DNA from: a virus
IMG/VR virus record: IMGVR_UViG_3300031673_000027
Length of the DNA: 64,000 nt
Direction: 5' to 3' (one strand)
The notes under the pieces were generated by a model that was not told where the DNA came from, did not search any database, and saw only the letters and a program-made list of their open reading frames with translations. Within the stretch, counting starts at the first letter, position 1. Each line of letters starts with the position of its first letter. Of this stretch, positions 18,303-26,417 are shown piece by piece. Made by a program: the position numbers and the translations under genes.

Positions 18303-20882
18303 ATGGATGCTATTTTAGCCTATCTGTTCTGGACGATCGTGACGGCGACGGTGAGCTTTGCCTTGGCCGAGGCGATGAAGAAAAAGCCGAAGATTCCCAA
18401 TGCCAAACCATCGAACCTTGAGTGGCCTGAAATCGAGGAAGGCCGGCCATACGGGGTGATCTTCGGGACGCCGAAGTTCGTGTCGAATCCGACCGTTGCG
18501 TGGTGGGGGGATATTTCGACCCGAGCGATTCGCAAGAAAGTCGGGGAAAAGTTCGACTGGAAATGGGGCATGGGTGGGCACAAGGGCTCGCATAACCCGA
18601 TTTATCAGACGGTCGGCTATCATTATTCGGCAGGGGTGGAATTTAAGCTCTGCCACGGCCCTATAGATGGCGTCAAACAGATTCGCGCGGCCGACAAGGT
18701 CGCATGGCCGAACCCGGATGATCCGACCGAGTTGGCCGACGATGGCGAGACTTCAATCACTATCGACCTGCCGAACCTGTTCGGTGGCGAGGACGGCGAG
18801 GGCGGGATCGTCGGCAGTATTGATATCGAATACGGCGCTTCAAGCCAAGCCGTCAACGCTTATCTGGCGTCCAAGCTGGGAGCAGACATTAGCGCCGGCC
18901 GCGGGCTGGTCAGGGCGATTCTCAAGCAGGTCAATATCGGCACGTCCAAATACCCGAAACCGTGGAGCTTTCTGCTGAAGCGCACGGATATCCTCGATGA
19001 CGGCTCGCCGCAATGGTACAAAGACAAAGCGGACATCAGCGGGGACCTGAATGCGGCCCACGTTTTACGCGAGTGCTATACAAACACCAGGTGGGGCTTA
19101 GGGTATTCGGACAGTCTCATCGACAGTACATCATGGCTGGCGGCGGCCGATACGCTGCACACGGAAGGCTTCGGCGTGAGTCGCCATTGGTACGATGCAA
19201 ACGAGAGCATCGAGGATTTGATTCGGGACGTGCTGACGACGATCAACGGTCGAATCTATCAAGACCCCGAAACCGGGCTCTTCGTGTTCAGACTGGCCAG
19301 AGAGGTCGTGGGAGAGCTTGAAAGTTTCGATGAGTCCGACATCGACGCCGTCGAGAATTTCGGCCGCGAGTGTTACGGCGAGATCCCCGACGTTGTGAAC
19401 GTGCGCATAACGGACGTGCTCAATAACACGGTCACGGCGATTCCCGATCACGACATTGCGGTCATGGACATCCAGGGCGGCAAGTCGATTCCGCTGGAGC
19501 GGGACTTCTTCGCCGTCACAAAGCCCGTTCTCGGCGGGCAACTTGCAGCCAGGGAGCGGCAACTTGTAACCTCGATGCTGGCGACGATGACAATCAAAGG
19601 CAAACGGACCATGGCGCACCTGCGGCCCTTCGATGTGATCAAAATCAGTTCCGCAGCCCACCGCATCGTCCAGCTTGTCGTGCGCGTTATCGACACTAAT
19701 TTTGGCACGCTCGAAGACGGCAAGGTCACGTTGCATTGCGTCGAGGATGTTTTTAGGACACATGATGCTATTTTCTCGGCCCCGCCGGGTACGGGCTGGA
19801 CGGACCCGGTTTCGGAACCGGCGGTGGCCCCGAATCGCTTATTGGTCGAGGCGCCGTTCTGGAGCTTGGTGGTCGAGATAGGCCTGCCAGATCCCGAGAT
19901 TATCGACGGCGACCAGGGCTGGCTCATGGTGGCCGCTCAAAAACCGAGCAGCGACGCCCTGGACTACGAAGCGTTCATTCGCCCGTCCGGGTCCGATCCC
20001 TTCGTGAGCGACGGGCGCGGAACCTTCACGCCAACGGCCACGCTGGCCGAGACTATGCCGTTGAATGCGGTGGACCAGATAGTTGACCTAGCCAACATTG
20101 TGAACCTGGATCAAGTGGCCGTGAATACCTATGCGATGGTGGGGAGTGAGATCGTCAAGGTGACGGCCGTCGATACGGCCAACAGCCGCGTGACCTTGGC
20201 ACGAGGGGTTCTCGATACAGTGCCAACCGCGCACTCAATAACCGATCGCATCTGGTTCCTTGGCTCGGCCAATTACATCGGGGCTGAACAGTACGAGGCA
20301 ACCGACACGCCGGGCGTCAAGGTCTGCCCGCGCACGGGCAAGGGCCAGCTCGCCGAAGCCTCGGCGCCGATCGACAACGCGACGGCCTTCAACAGCCGGG
20401 CCATCCGGCCCTATCCGCCGGGCAACCTGAAAATCAACACAGTCAGCTATCCTTCGACTTTCACGGGCCAGCCTACGCTGACCTGGACTCACCGCGACCG
20501 CACACAGCAGATTACCGAGCTGGTCGAGCATGACGCCGCCGGCATCGGGCCGGAATCCGGCGTCACCTATACGCTGAAAATCTACGCCGCGGACAATATC
20601 CGGGTTCACACAGAGACGGGGATCACGGGGACAACTTACGAATACACAGAGGCCCACGAGCTGTCCGACTTTGGCGGGTTGCAAACTCAGCTCCGCTTCG
20701 TGCTCTATGCTGTCCGTGCCGGATATGATTCCTGGCAGCAGTACGACCTTACGGTTCCCCGTGCGTTTGTCATAAACGATTCGGTCGGCCTTACTGATGC
20801 AAGAACAGTCGTCAGAAATGTCTTCTGCACGTTCAACGATTCGGTCGGCCTTACTGATGAGGCAACGCCGGTTGAAGGCTGA
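18303..20882 (+). CDS. host-specificity / central tail tip protein (gpJ or GTA g15-like)
   Basis: 859 aa and the last large tail gene. The central region resembles the Phage-tail_3 family. The C-terminus carries two LGLTD units shared with the giant protein. Confidence 0.75.
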   Translation: MDAILAYLFWTIVTATVSFALAEAMKKKPKIPNAKPSNLEWPEIEEGRPYGVIFGTPKFVSNPTVAWWGDISTRAIRKKVGEKFDWKWGMGGHKGSHNPIYQTVGYHYSAGVEFKLCHGPIDGVKQIRAADKVAWPNPDDPTELADDGETSITIDLPNLFGGEDGEGGIVGSIDIEYGASSQAVNAYLASKLGADISAGRGLVRAILKQVNIGTSKYPKPWSFLLKRTDILDDGSPQWYKDKADISGDLNAAHVLRECYTNTRWGLGYSDSLIDSTSWLAAADTLHTEGFGVSRHWYDANESIEDLIRDVLTTINGRIYQDPETGLFVFRLAREVVGELESFDESDIDAVENFGRECYGEIPDVVNVRITDVLNNTVTAIPDHDIAVMDIQGGKSIPLERDFFAVTKPVLGGQLAARERQLVTSMLATMTIKGKRTMAHLRPFDVIKISSAAHRIVQLVVRVIDTNFGTLEDGKVTLHCVEDVFRTHDAIFSAPPGTGWTDPVSEPAVAPNRLLVEAPFWSLVVEIGLPDPEIIDGDQGWLMVAAQKPSSDALDYEAFIRPSGSDPFVSDGRGTFTPTATLAETMPLNAVDQIVDLANIVNLDQVAVNTYAMVGSEIVKVTAVDTANSRVTLARGVLDTVPTAHSITDRIWFLGSANYIGAEQYEATDTPGVKVCPRTGKGQLAEASAPIDNATAFNSRAIRPYPPGNLKINTVSYPSTFTGQPTLTWTHRDRTQQITELVEHDAAGIGPESGVTYTLKIYAADNIRVHTETGITGTTYEYTEAHELSDFGGLQTQLRFVLYAVRAGYDSWQQYDLTVPRAFVINDSVGLTDARTVVRNVFCTFNDSVGLTDEATPVEG

Positions 20883-20952
20883 CCATTATTCTGCTGTTCG
20901 ACATCTTCATCGTTTCTTTCCCATGTGGCAAGGGCGGGAACTGAGGCCCCCC

Positions 20953-20978
20953 GCCCTCTGCCCTCTGCCCTCTGCCCT
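20953..20978. repeat. heptamer tandem repeat (GCCCTCT) x about 3.7
   Basis: Read directly in the sequence downstream of the tail tip gene. Confidence 0.8.
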
Positions 20979-21106
20979 AATCACAAATCGAGCGTCGCCC
21001 CAAAACGACGCCATTTTACGCATAGAAAATCTTTCCTGAAAATCCACGTTTTTAGCTCAATACGCGACATTTTCAATTATTTCTGCAAAATCTCAGAAAA
21101 AACATA

Positions 21107-21135
21107 TTGACAAACTATCGTACAGGCTATACACT
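21107..21135 (+). promoter_or_regulatory. putative sigma70-type promoter (TTGACA-17 nt-TACACT)
   Basis: Consensus -35 with a 17-nt spacer, in AT-rich DNA upstream of the small-ORF cluster. Confidence 0.4.
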
Positions 21136-21196
21136 TGACGATATAGTAGATAACCGATTTATGGTCGCCCGCGAGGGCACAATGAAAGGGTAGAAA

Positions 21197-21337
21197 ATGG
21201 AAACGAAACAACAAACCGAGACAACAAATAATATATGTCGCCGTTGCGAACGAGCCTATCAACGATTATGCACTGCTCGGACGACAAAATCAGCCTGTGA
21301 CTGCTTCGTCCGACACCTTCGACCAAAAATTGCATGA
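21197..21337 (+). CDS. small Cys-rich protein (46 aa, below the ORF-track cutoff)
   Basis: Preceded by the conserved leader GAAAGGGTAGAAAATG. Contains CxxC...C...CxC. Confidence 0.5.
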   Translation: METKQQTETTNNICRRCERAYQRLCTARTTKSACDCFVRHLRPKIA

Positions 21338-21377
21338 CGTAAACTGTAAATCAAAACTCTAAAGAAAGGGTAGGAAA

Positions 21378-21569
21378 ATGATTAAGGCAGCCGCAGAAAT
21401 CACGATGGAAGAATACAAAGATGGTATTTTTATCCTCGAAGATGATGAGCAAATGGTAACGGGCTATTGGCTAATCCCTGATGATTGGTACATCGGCAAC
21501 CGTATGACAGCATATGCCCGCTGGTATGCCAGCCGCGAGGGCGCGGAAGAACAGGCACTCGATGACTGA
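21378..21569 (+). CDS. hypothetical small protein
   Basis: Has the conserved GAAAGGGTAGGAAAATG leader and is followed by a GC-rich hairpin. Confidence 0.6.
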   Translation: MIKAAAEITMEEYKDGIFILEDDEQMVTGYWLIPDDWYIGNRMTAYARWYASREGAEEQALDD

Positions 21570-21578
21570 GCATTTTCT

Positions 21579-21614
21579 ACCCGCCCGGTTGGCCGTTGCG
21601 CCGCCGGGCCGGGT
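21579..21614 (+). terminator. GC-rich hairpin (terminator-like), copy 1 of a repeated element
   Basis: ACCCGCCCGG...CCGGGCCGGGT. About 38 bp is shared with the hairpin at 21844. Confidence 0.45.
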
Positions 21615-21648
21615 GTTATGAAACCAGTGAGAAAGAAAGGGTAGGAAA

Positions 21649-21837
21649 ATGAACGAGTACGAAAAACGACAACAAACCCGATACGAAATCCAACAAGACA
21701 ATGCCGGGCATTGGCGGGTTATTCGCACTGGCCCTGATGGTGTTCGCCGGGCATGGGACAATCCTCCATGCAAAACGAGGCATGAGGCTCGGTTGCTAAT
21801 CGCACAATCCAAAATGGAAGATGCAACCCTACAATAG
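21649..21837 (+). CDS. hypothetical small protein
   Basis: Has the conserved GAAAGGGTAGGAAAATG leader and is followed by a terminator. Confidence 0.6.
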   Translation: MNEYEKRQQTRYEIQQDNAGHWRVIRTGPDGVRRAWDNPPCKTRHEARLLIAQSKMEDATLQ

Positions 21838-21843
21838 ATTTTT

Positions 21844-21887
21844 AACCCCGCCCGGTGTGCCGTTGCGCCGCCGGGCCGGGGTTTTTG
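21844..21887 (+). terminator. rho-independent terminator (copy 2 of the repeated hairpin)
   Basis: AACCCCGCCCGG...CCGGGCCGGGGTTTTT. Confidence 0.65.
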
Positions 21888-21895
21888 GAGCAAGC

Positions 21896-22096
21896 ATGAC
21901 AAAGATTGATTTTCGCAAGACGATTCGAACAGCCCTCGACGCCCGCAAGATGAGCGTCCCCAAGCTCGCCGCCCAGGTCGGTTGCGGACAGGTGGCAATC
22001 TACAACTTTCTGTCTGGCCGCACCGAGATGAAGGCTGACTTACTGGCCAGAATTCTGGCCGCTCTAAGCATCGATTTGGCCCGGAAACCATCCTGA
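21896..22096 (+). CDS. XRE/Cro-CI family helix-turn-helix regulator
   Basis: The sequence MSVPKLAAQVGCGQVAIYNFLSGRTEMKADLLARILAAL is a typical HTH_XRE pattern. GGAG RBS. Confidence 0.7.
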   Translation: MTKIDFRKTIRTALDARKMSVPKLAAQVGCGQVAIYNFLSGRTEMKADLLARILAALSIDLARKPS

Positions 22097-22369
22097 CCAT
22101 TTTCTCCCTATCCCGAATGGCGTTTGGCCAGCCCTGCCCAAGCCAGGGGCCTACGATTTGAAGCTGGCGCGTGGCTAAGACAAACGGTGAACCGCTCATA
22201 GAACAGGTCCGCTTATTTGCAGTCCGTCTAACACAATCACAAACGTTGCCCCTGCCGTCAGATAGCCAAAAAATAATGGGTTTTTGGGCAAAATACTGGC
22301 GTTCATAACCCTTGATTTTACAAAGACTTAGGGTCGGAAAGCACTTATTTTATAGATATTTCATAGAAT

Positions 22370-22402
22370 CTTATGGACAAACCATAAGATATAGTCGATA
22401 AT
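22370..22402 (+). promoter_or_regulatory. putative promoter (TGGACA-17 nt-GATAAT) overlapped by the palindrome CTTATGG-N5-CCATAAG
   Basis: -35 at 22374-22379 and -10 at 22397-22402. A perfect 7-bp inverted repeat at 22370-22388 covers the -35. Confidence 0.4.
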
Positions 22403-22409
22403 ACATACA

Positions 22410-22770
22410 GAATAAATGATCAATTGAAAAGTTAATAAGACACGGGGCCAAAAGGAAGCAAAGAGGTCAGGTCCGAGTTACGGGTGCCGGTAGGGCAAAC
22501 GCCATAGCAAAACACGCTCTGGTGAACCCGAGAAGCGAAACAAATCGCAAGCCTCGAATTCTGAGATGCACGCCACGACGAGCCGAGACCTCGGCTCACG
22601 GCGCTGTCATACGGGTCGGCCACGCTTGAGCCGGCGGACGTTTGATAGCGGGACCGGGACGGCATCGCGGTAAGTGAAAAACAAAACGCATCGCTCTGCC
22701 GGGAGCTGCTCGACGTTTGAGCGGCTTGCGGGTTCGACTCCCGCTCAGAGCATTGAGCGATAATGCTCAA
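22410..22770 (+). ncRNA. candidate long structured RNA / 5' leader ending in a tRNA-like element
   Basis: About 350 nt of GC-rich DNA with no credible ORF. It has several perfect hairpins (for example GAGCCGA-GACC-TCGGCTC), an internal GACGTTTGA duplication and a T-arm/acceptor-like 3' end. Confidence 0.4.
22693..22752 (+). ncRNA. D-arm-less tRNA-like element
   Basis: Acceptor GCTCTGC pairs with TCAGAGC (6 bp). There is a 7-bp hairpin (GCTGCTC-GACGTTT-GAGCGGC), a canonical T-arm (GCGGG-TTCGACT-CCCGC) and discriminator A. At 60 nt it is not a standard tRNA. Confidence 0.4.
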
Positions 22771-22787
22771 ATCGAAAGGGTAGCAAA

Positions 22788-23045
22788 ATGAAAGCTAATC
22801 GAAATGAACGTATGGTAATGTCCGCCACGCCCACCGGGACTATTCTGATCACCTGTACGCAGGTCAACGCGGTGATGGGCGACTTGGCCGACGATGAGAT
22901 TTGCCGCATTTCCCGCGCTTGCAGCGACGCTGCGACAGAAGTCCTGCCATTCACCGAGGAAGCATTTAGCGACTTTTGCTCGCGCCATCCCACTGGTCGC
23001 CCTGTGCATCCCACTCTGCGGGCATATCCGTATCCGCGTGAGTGA
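22788..23045 (+). CDS. hypothetical protein (moron)
   Basis: Has the conserved GAAAGGGTAGCAAAATG leader. 85 aa. Flanked by two tRNA-like elements. Confidence 0.55.
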   Translation: MKANRNERMVMSATPTGTILITCTQVNAVMGDLADDEICRISRACSDAATEVLPFTEEAFSDFCSRHPTGRPVHPTLRAYPYPRE

Positions 23046-23059
23046 CTAAGCATTTGCCA

Positions 23060-23098
23060 GCCCCGTCCGGCTCGCCGGTTCGACTCCGGCCCGGGGCC
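23060..23098 (+). ncRNA. tRNA-like minihelix (acceptor stem plus T-arm only)
   Basis: GCCCCG pairs with CGGGGC around GCCGG-TTCGACT-CCGGC. The T-loop is the same as in the element at 22693. Confidence 0.4.
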
Positions 23099-23178
23099 TT
23101 GTGTGACATCACAACCACATTACGCCCTCGGCATGGCCGAGAGGCAAATTCCGGCATGGCCGGAGAAAGAGGTGTATC

Positions 23179-24180
23179 ATGTACGTAAAAGTCAATGTAT
23201 CAGCAGCCGACGCAATCCGCCGCAACTCGACTACTCACGGACCGCAGGATTTGGAGCTAACCCAAGAGTGGCTCGAATCCCTCACGGAGCAGGAGCGAGC
23301 GGTACTCGCGGATGAGCTGCCCGGTGTGGACGGCCGGGCCCGTTATTTCGCGGGCGGTCACGGCAGTTCGCTCTATGTACCGACGGCGGACCTGGAGGCG
23401 GTACGGGCAGTCATCCAGGCCACCCTGGCGAAGCGGGCGGAGCAGAAGGTCGATGCTGCAGCATACAGGCAGAAGCAGACAGAGCGAGCCGTGACCGGTC
23501 TGCGCGAGCGGCGCGTGAGGAAGGGGCAGCAGTATGTGCAAGCCGTAGGTGGATACGTCAATAATCTGGTCAATCCAGACATGGACGTGGCATATCTGCC
23601 GGAGGAGTGCGCCGCCGAATATGCGGCGTGGACGGCCGAGCTCGAGGCCCAGAATCAGGCTACGATCCAGGCGGTTATCGACCAGCATGCCGAGCGCGAG
23701 CGGAAACGAGCCGAGGAGGAGGCTGCCAAAAAGGAAAGTGAGCGGCTCTACGCTGAGGCGTGTGAGGCGCTGGTGCGAGAGATCGGCACGGAGTCCCAGC
23801 TCGGACGGCTGGAGCTGGGACGGTTGCCGGCGGCCGAAATCAACACCATCGTCCACGATCACGTATTCGCGGCGATGGGCGATCAGGCCCGCTGGCCTCG
23901 CTATGACCGACTCCAGGCCCAGGACATCGACCACGATGAGGATTGTTGCGACCATCGGTCTGTATTCGAGGCCGAATATTGCGACGAGTGGACGGCGGCG
24001 GATTATGCCGCTGTGTCGCGCGCGGAAAAATTGATGCCAGATGCCCAAATCGCAGTGCGGGTGCACAAAGGCCAGTGCGAGGAGTGTGACGCCCAAATCG
24101 AGCGCAAGAGCCTGCAAGTCACGCAGGCGTGGCACGGACGTAATCTGACGCGCGAGTATGCGTGTCGCGTAAGTGAATAG
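23179..24180 (+). CDS. hypothetical protein (coiled-coil centre, Cys/His-rich C-terminus)
   Basis: 333-aa ORF with RBS GGAGAAAGAGG. No family recognised. Confidence 0.6.
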   Translation: MYVKVNVSAADAIRRNSTTHGPQDLELTQEWLESLTEQERAVLADELPGVDGRARYFAGGHGSSLYVPTADLEAVRAVIQATLAKRAEQKVDAAAYRQKQTERAVTGLRERRVRKGQQYVQAVGGYVNNLVNPDMDVAYLPEECAAEYAAWTAELEAQNQATIQAVIDQHAERERKRAEEEAAKKESERLYAEACEALVREIGTESQLGRLELGRLPAAEINTIVHDHVFAAMGDQARWPRYDRLQAQDIDHDEDCCDHRSVFEAEYCDEWTAADYAAVSRAEKLMPDAQIAVRVHKGQCEECDAQIERKSLQVTQAWHGRNLTREYACRVSE

Positions 24181-24191
24181 GCTTTCTACCG

Positions 24192-24230
24192 GCCCCGCCC
24201 CCTTGGCGCGTCCCGGGGGCCGGGGCTTTT
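24192..24230 (+). terminator. rho-independent terminator
   Basis: GGCCCCGCCCCC...GGGGGCCGGGGC followed by TTTT. Confidence 0.65.
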
Positions 24231-24264
24231 AACCGCTTCACCAAAGCGATAAGGAGTTGGTACA

Positions 24265-24534
24265 ATGAAACCCATGCGAACCATTATAGCTAAGCTCAGA
24301 AAACAGTGGAACCTCTGGCGTCGGAGGCGAGCGATTGAGCGAATACGACGCAACCTGGTCTTTTGGGGTGTGGACACAATGAATTACTCAGACTCCGACA
24401 TCGAGAATATGACCGTCAACTTCTCCCGTCTGCTTGGCCAATGCGGTATCACCTGCGATCAAGCTACAGAAGCCCTTCACTCTTTGGTCAAGAATGTCAG
24501 CACCGTCAGCACCGCCGGGACCATCAACCCGTAA
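24265..24534 (+). CDS. hypothetical protein
   Basis: AAGGAG RBS 7 nt upstream. 89 aa. Its 3' end overlaps the convergent minus-strand gene by about 58 nt. Confidence 0.5.
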   Translation: MKPMRTIIAKLRKQWNLWRRRRAIERIRRNLVFWGVDTMNYSDSDIENMTVNFSRLLGQCGITCDQATEALHSLVKNVSTVSTAGTINP

Positions 24535-24716
24535 GGGCCGAGAATCTTGACGGCCGGAATGATAGACAGAATCGCCACGACCATCAGCAAGCTCCGGCCC
24601 GCCGACGCCAGCCGCTTGCTGCGAATCGCCCTGGCGGTAGGGCGTCCGCAATGAGGGCAGACCGTCGCCTTATCACTGACTTGGCCGTCGCAATCTAAAC
24701 ATTTCTGTAGGGCCAT
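24477..24716 (-). CDS. zinc-ribbon membrane protein
   Basis: CxxC...CxxC (CLDCDG...CPHCG) followed by a transmembrane segment. RBS GGGAGTGAGG. Last gene of the minus-strand integrase operon. Confidence 0.5.
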   Translation of the reverse strand: MALQKCLDCDGQVSDKATVCPHCGRPTARAIRSKRLASAGRSLLMVVAILSIIPAVKILGPYGLMVPAVLTVLTFLTKE

Positions 24717-24719
24717 AAA

Positions 24720-25169
24720 TTACCTCACTCCCGGACCTGCCTGAGTCTGACCGCCAGACTTCAGCCTGAGCTTGACGTACACATCTTCAATCGTCCACAT
24801 GGCGCCTGTCGCCGGGTCCACCACCAGCCAGCCGATCACCCAGCCCGGAACCATCCACACGCCATTGCCGACAAAGTACCAGCCCGTCTCGAAGCCCTGG
24901 GCTATGGGGCGCTCGGCCGTCTCATAGCCCTCTTTCTCCAGACGGATGGTGTAATCGCCGGCCTGGAAGTAGCCTCTGCCCCGCTTGAGGGTGACGTTGG
25001 CCGGTGTTCGACCGGCTTCGATAACCCTCCCGCCTGGCGTGGCGATCTCGAAGTCGGCACCCTGGGGGTCGCTGCTGATGTTCACGGTCTTATGGTCCCC
25101 GCAAAAGATGGACGCGCAGCCTGAGCAGCACGCCAGCAGGAGACACGCGACAATTATTGTTCTGTACAT
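24720..25169 (-). CDS. PEGA-domain lipoprotein (possible superinfection-exclusion or moron function)
   Basis: Signal peptide with a Cys cluster (IVACLLLACCSGCAS) and a PEGA-like segment (VNISSDPQGADFEI...GRTPANVTL). ATG at 25169 follows an AGGAAAGG RBS. Confidence 0.6.
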   Translation of the reverse strand: MYRTIIVACLLLACCSGCASIFCGDHKTVNISSDPQGADFEIATPGGRVIEAGRTPANVTLKRGRGYFQAGDYTIRLEKEGYETAERPIAQGFETGWYFVGNGVWMVPGWVIGWLVVDPATGAMWTIEDVYVKLRLKSGGQTQAGPGVR

Positions 25170-25192
25170 AGTAAACACCTTTCCTCTCTAAT

Positions 25193-26206
25193 CTAAAGGG
25201 ATTCAAGCCACTGCGCGACGGGCAATCGCTCAACGGCGGGTGCCAGCAGTGGGTCTGCGTTCGTATAGGTCTTCGCCGTGAGCGCCGGCGAGCTGTGTTC
25301 GAGCAGAGTCTGGACGACGGACAGCGGCACGTCTCGCGCCTGCAGGGCGGTCGAGAACACGGAGCGCAAGTCGTGGAACCTCAGATCCGGCAGTCCCGCC
25401 CGCTGCCGGATTGCCTTCCATTTCTTGTGCGTATTCGAGTCGCCGGCCAGCAGCCCGACCTGGCCGGCTGGAAACTCGGCCACATAGCGGGCCAGCACCG
25501 GGACAATGAAGGAGTGCAGCGGCCGGGCCGCCATCGCCTTGCGGGTTTTCTTCGACCGCGTAAGGACGGCGTGGTTCTCGAAGTCGATGTCCTGGACGCT
25601 GAGGCGGTCGATGTCCTTGCTTCGAAGCCCGGTGGTTAGGGCCAAGAGGACCCTCACGTACCAGCAGTCGCTGCGGTTCCGGGCGGCAATCAGCAGGTTT
25701 CGCACCTGGGCGTCCGTCAGGCTCATTACCAGCCGGGGCGTGGCCTTGACCTTCTCGACTTCCAAATCGCCGCCGACATACCGGCGTTTCTTGGCCCACC
25801 GGAGAAAGGCCCGAAGGTTCGCAATCTCTTTATTTAGCGTCCATTCACCCACGGCCTCCATACGGGCCAACAGGAAAGCATCAATTATACCCTGCCTAAT
25901 CTTTTGAGAGCTCACAGGGCCAACCAGGCTTGCAAAATGCCTCAACGTGAGAGTTCCCTCATATTTGGCCGCGGGCGTCAGTCGCCGGACATCGTAGGTC
26001 CGGGCGTACTCCGCAACGAGATCCGGCCAAGCCATGTCGATGACGGAGCGAAAGACGCCGCTGTTCAGCTCCGCGTATTTCACCTGGGCGTAATGGTCGG
26101 CGAGCTTCTTGTTCGGGAAGCTTCTTTTGTGTTCCTTGCCGTCCTCTCGCCAACTGACGTGCCAGCCCGGACGATCCGGCCTCTTATAGATGCGTATTCG
26201 TTTCAT
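25193..26206 (-). CDS. int: tyrosine recombinase (phage integrase)
   Basis: C-terminal HDLRSVFST...LLEHSSPALTAKTYT (HxxR...LLGH...Y pattern). The likely start is MKRIRIYKRP at 26206. The longer track start would run into an attP arm repeat. Confidence 0.9.
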   Translation of the reverse strand: MKRIRIYKRPDRPGWHVSWREDGKEHKRSFPNKKLADHYAQVKYAELNSGVFRSVIDMAWPDLVAEYARTYDVRRLTPAAKYEGTLTLRHFASLVGPVSSQKIRQGIIDAFLLARMEAVGEWTLNKEIANLRAFLRWAKKRRYVGGDLEVEKVKATPRLVMSLTDAQVRNLLIAARNRSDCWYVRVLLALTTGLRSKDIDRLSVQDIDFENHAVLTRSKKTRKAMAARPLHSFIVPVLARYVAEFPAGQVGLLAGDSNTHKKWKAIRQRAGLPDLRFHDLRSVFSTALQARDVPLSVVQTLLEHSSPALTAKTYTNADPLLAPAVERLPVAQWLESL

Positions 26207-26224
26207 TCCAAAGTGCCTCCAAAA

Positions 26225-26242
26225 GCGCCCCAAACGCGACCC
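26225..26242. repeat. 18-bp direct repeat GCGCCCCAAACGCGACCC (putative integrase arm-type site, copy 1)
   Basis: Identical copy at 26418-26435. The two copies bracket the tRNA fragment. Confidence 0.6.
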
Positions 26243-26288
26243 ATGTTTTACTAAGTCTTTCAACTGCAACTACTTAAAGCCTCAAAAT

Positions 26289-26332
26289 TCGGTTTAGGAA
26301 ACCGACGCTCTATCCTACTGAGCTACGGGCGT
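26289..26332 (-). pseudogene. tRNA-Arg(CCU) 5' fragment (positions about 2-43), likely the attP core
   Basis: The minus strand reads (A)CGCCCG-TA-GCTC-AGTAGGATA-GAGC-G-TCGGT-TTCCTAA-ACCGA. No T-arm or 3' acceptor follows. Confidence 0.65.
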
Positions 26333-26417
26333 AAGCGTAAAAACGCGGTTTTGAGCCAGAATCGCCACTCAGGGTAGCCGGCCAAAGTTGCATACGTCGC
26401 ATACGTGGACTGCAAAC

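Noticed and set aside
22440-22752. tmRNA (ssrA) hypothesis for the structured region with a T-arm/acceptor-like 3' end.
   Set aside because: The 5' GGGGCC at 22444 cannot pair with the 3' TCAGAGC acceptor strand. No Ala-resume tag ORF ending in a hydrophobic ...AA-stop could be found. The candidate that does pair is only 60 nt or about 235 nt long.
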